Of a stretch of DNA of 64,000 bases, positions 61,001-64,000 are shown piece by piece. Within the stretch, counting starts at the first letter, position 1. Each line of letters begins with the position of its first letter. The translations under genes were made by a program, and so were the position numbers. The notes under the pieces were generated by a model that did no database searches, was not told the origin of the DNA, and saw only the letters and a list, made by a program, of their open reading frames with translations. The stretch covers positions 9,918,352-9,982,351 of the forward strand of contig NC_092678.1 of assembly GCF_964355755.1 (NCBI RefSeq), given 5' to 3'. This stretch comes from Antedon mediterranea. Its lineage: Eukaryota > Animalia > Echinodermata.

Positions 61001-64000
61001 TGCTCAAAATGGTCTAAAACGGTTTCTAATGTGATTTTAACCACTTTGATGTTTTTGTGTAACCAAGTTTTTTCGAAAATCACAAAATGGTCTAAAACGT
61101 CTCCAAATGCGATTTGAAGCTTTTCTAAGCACTTTGGTGTTTTTATGTTAACAAGTTTTTTCGAAAATCACAAAATGGTCTAAAACGTCTCAAATAGCGA
61201 TTTGAAGCTATTCTGTACACTTTGATGTTTTGTGTGAAAAAAGTTTTGTCGAAATGCTCAAAATGGTCTAAAACGTTTTTAAAACGATATTAAGCTATTT
61301 TGTGCTCTTTGATGTTTTTGTGTAACCAAGTTTTATCGAAATGAACAAAATGGTCTAAAACGTCTCCAAATGCGATTTGAAGCTTTTCCAAGCACTTTGC
61401 TGTTTTTATGTTAACAAGTTTTTTCGAAAATCACAAAATGGTCTAAAACATCTCCAAATGCGATTTGAAGATATTCTGAGCACTTTGGTGTTTTTATGTT
61501 AAAAAGTTTTTTCGAAAATCACAAAATGGTCTAGAACGTCTCCAAATGCGATTTGAAGCTCTTCTGTACACTTTGATGTTTTGTGTGAAAAAGTTTTGTC
61601 AAAATGCTCAAAATGGTCTAAAACGTTTTTAAAACGATATTAAGCTATTTTGTGCTCTTTGATGTTTTTGTATAACCAAGTTTTTTCGAAAATCACAAAA
61701 TGGTCTAAAACGTCTCCAAATGCGATTTGAAAATATTCTGAGCACTTTGGTGTTTTTATGTTAAAAAGTTTTTTCGAAAATCACAAAATGGTCTAAAACG
61801 TCTCCAAATGCGATTTGAAGATATTCTGAGCACTTTGGTGTTTTTATGTTAAAAAGTTTTTTCGAAAATCACAAAATGGTCTAAAACGTCTCCAAATGCG
61901 ATTTGAAGCTATTCTATACACTTTGATGTTTTGTGTTAAAAAGTTTTGTCGAAATGCTCAAAATGGTTTAAAACGTTTTTAAAACGATATTAAGCTATTT
62001 TGTGCTCTTTGATGTTTTTGTGTAACCAAGTTTCATCGAAATGAACAAAATGGTCTAAAACGTCTCCAAATGCGATTTGAAGCTTTTCCAAGCACTTTGC
62101 TGTTTTTATGTTAACAAGTTTTTTCGAAAATCACAAAATTGTCTAAAACGTCTCAAAATGCGATTTGAAGGTATTCTGAGCACTTTGGTGTTTTTGTGTG
62201 AAAAGTTTTAACGAAAAGCTCAAAATGGTCTAAAACGGTTCTAATGTGATTTTAAGCACTTTGATGTTTTTGTACAACCAAGTTTCATCGAAATGCTCAA
62301 AATGGTCTAAAACGTTTTTAAAACGATATTAAGCTATTTTGTGCTCTTTGATGTTTTTGTGTAACCAAGTTTTTTCGAAAATCACAAAATGGTCTAAAAC
62401 GTCTCCAAATGCGATTTGAAGCTTTTCTAAGCACTTTGGTGTTTTTATGTTAACAAGTTTTTTCGAAAATCACAAAATGGTCTAAAACGTCTCAAAATGC
62501 GATTTGAAGGTATTCTGAGCACTTTGGTGTTTTTGTGTGAAAAGTTTTAACGAAATGCTCAAAATGGTCTAAAACGGTTTCTAATGTGATTTTAACCACT
62601 TTGATGTTTTTGTGTAACCAAGTTTTTTCGAAAATCACAAAATGGTCTAAAACGTCTCCAAATGCGATTTGAAGCTTTTCTAAGCACTTTGGTGTTTTTA
62701 TGTTAACAAGTTTTTTCGAAAATCACAAAATGGTCTAAAACGTCTCCAAATGCGATTTGAAGATATTCTGAGCACTTTGGTGTTTTTCTGTTAAAAAGTA
62801 ATTTCGAAAATCACAAAATGGTCTAAAACGTCTCCAAATGCAATTTGAAGCTATTCTGTACACTTTGATGTTTTGTGTGAAAAAGTTTTGTCAAAATGCT
62901 CAAAATGGTCTAAAACGTTTTTAAAACGATATTAAGCTATTTTGTGCTCTTTGATGTTTTTGTATAACCAAGTTTTTTCGAAAATCACAAAATGGTCTAA
63001 AACGTCTCCAAATGCGATTTGAAGCTTTTCTAAACACTTTGGTGTTTTTATGTTAACAAGTTTTTTCGAAAATCACAAAATGGTCTAAAACGTCTCCAAA
63101 TCCGATTTGAAGCTATTCTGTACACTTTGATGTTTTGTGTGAAAAAGTTTTGTCGAAATGCTCAAAATGGTCTAAAACGTTTTTAAAACGATATTAAGCT
63201 ATTTTGTGCTCTTTGATGTTTTTGTGTAACCAAGTTTCATCGATATGAACAAAATGGTCTAAAACGTCTCAAAATGCGATTTGAAGGTATTCTGAGCACT
63301 TTGGTGTTTTTGGGTGAAAAGTTTTAACGAAATGCTCAAAATGGTCTAAAACGGTTTCTAATGTGATTTTAAGCACTTTGAAGTATTTGTAAAAACAAGT
63401 TTCATCGAAATGCACAAAATAGTCTAAAACGTCTCCAAATGCGATTTGAAGCTTTTCTAAGCACTTTGGTGTTTTTATGTTAACAAGTTTTTTCGAAAAT
63501 CACAAAATGGTCTAAAACGTCTCCAAATGCGATTTGAAGATATTCTGAGCACTTTGCTGTTTTTATGTTAACATGTTTTTTCGAAAATCACAAAATGGTC
63601 TAAAACGTCTCAAAATGCTATTTGAAGGTATTCTGAGCACTTTGGTGTTTTTGTGTGAAAAGTTTTAACGAAATGCTCAAAATGGTCTAAAACGGTTCTA
63701 ATGTGATTTTAAACACTTTGATGTTTTGTGTGAAAAAGTTTTGTCAAAATGCTCAAAATGGTCTAAAACGTTTTTAAAACGATATTAAGCTATTTTGTGC
63801 TCTTTGATGTTTTTGTATAACCAAGTTTTTTCGAAAATCACAAAATGGTCTAAAACGTCTCCAAATGCGATTTGAAGATATTCTGAGCACTTTGGTGTTT
63901 TTATGTTAAAAAGTTTTTTCGAAAATCACAAAATGGTCTAAAACGTATCCAAATGCGATTTGAAGCTATTCTATACACTTTGATGTTTTGTGTTAAAAAG
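58069..64000. repeat. Near-identical copy of window positions 1-6020 (offset 58,068; one 88-bp monomer fewer near the end)
   Basis: ORF 319/58387, CTAGAACG 3463/61531 and TAATTTCG 4731/62799 share the offset. The offset drops to 57,980 at the window end. Confidence 0.88.

Larger units (their letters stand above)
35151..64000. repeat. Satellite DNA array (right part), same family and orientation, resuming in register after the insertion
   Basis: ...AAAACGATA|TTAA before the insertion continues as TTAA|GCTATTTTGTGCTC after it, the normal monomer sequence AAAACGATATTAAGCTATTTTGTGCTC. Confidence 0.98.

Noticed and set aside
1-64000. CRISPR-like appearance (conserved anchor plus variable segment)
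   Set aside because: The variable segments are homologous variants of each other, not unique spacers. There are no cas genes, and spliceosomal introns in the insert indicate a eukaryote.

Overview
Eukaryotic (probably invertebrate animal) satellite-DNA window. About 95% is one head-to-tail array of an AT-rich ~87-88-bp monomer with a recurrent ~78-bp variant. It is built from about six monomer types arranged in nested higher-order repeats (425 bp, ~2.6 kb, 3,797 bp) and near-identical segmental duplications (offsets ~14.1, 18.6/25.5, 33.8 and 58.07 kb), which is centromere/pericentromere-like. The only non-satellite sequence is a 3,133-bp DNA transposon at 32014-35146. It has a TTAA target-site duplication, perfect 26-bp TIRs with AG...CT ends, and two convergent intron-containing genes: a disrupted KolX (P2X7 cytoplasmic-domain-like) gene on the minus strand and the last exon of a Kolobok-type transposase on the plus strand. 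This is a non-autonomous Kolobok element, and exact empty sites are visible in sister repeat copies. The most unusual observation is that both arms of the element are diverged inverted paralogues. Each carries an 18-bp CRE-containing motif exactly 191 bp from its end, followed by a homologous acidic first exon (MSTRIxYDxDSS...PYMYEPD...QLxTQxLxW) ending in the same TG|GTTAGT donor. All 60-94-aa satellite ORFs are spurious.
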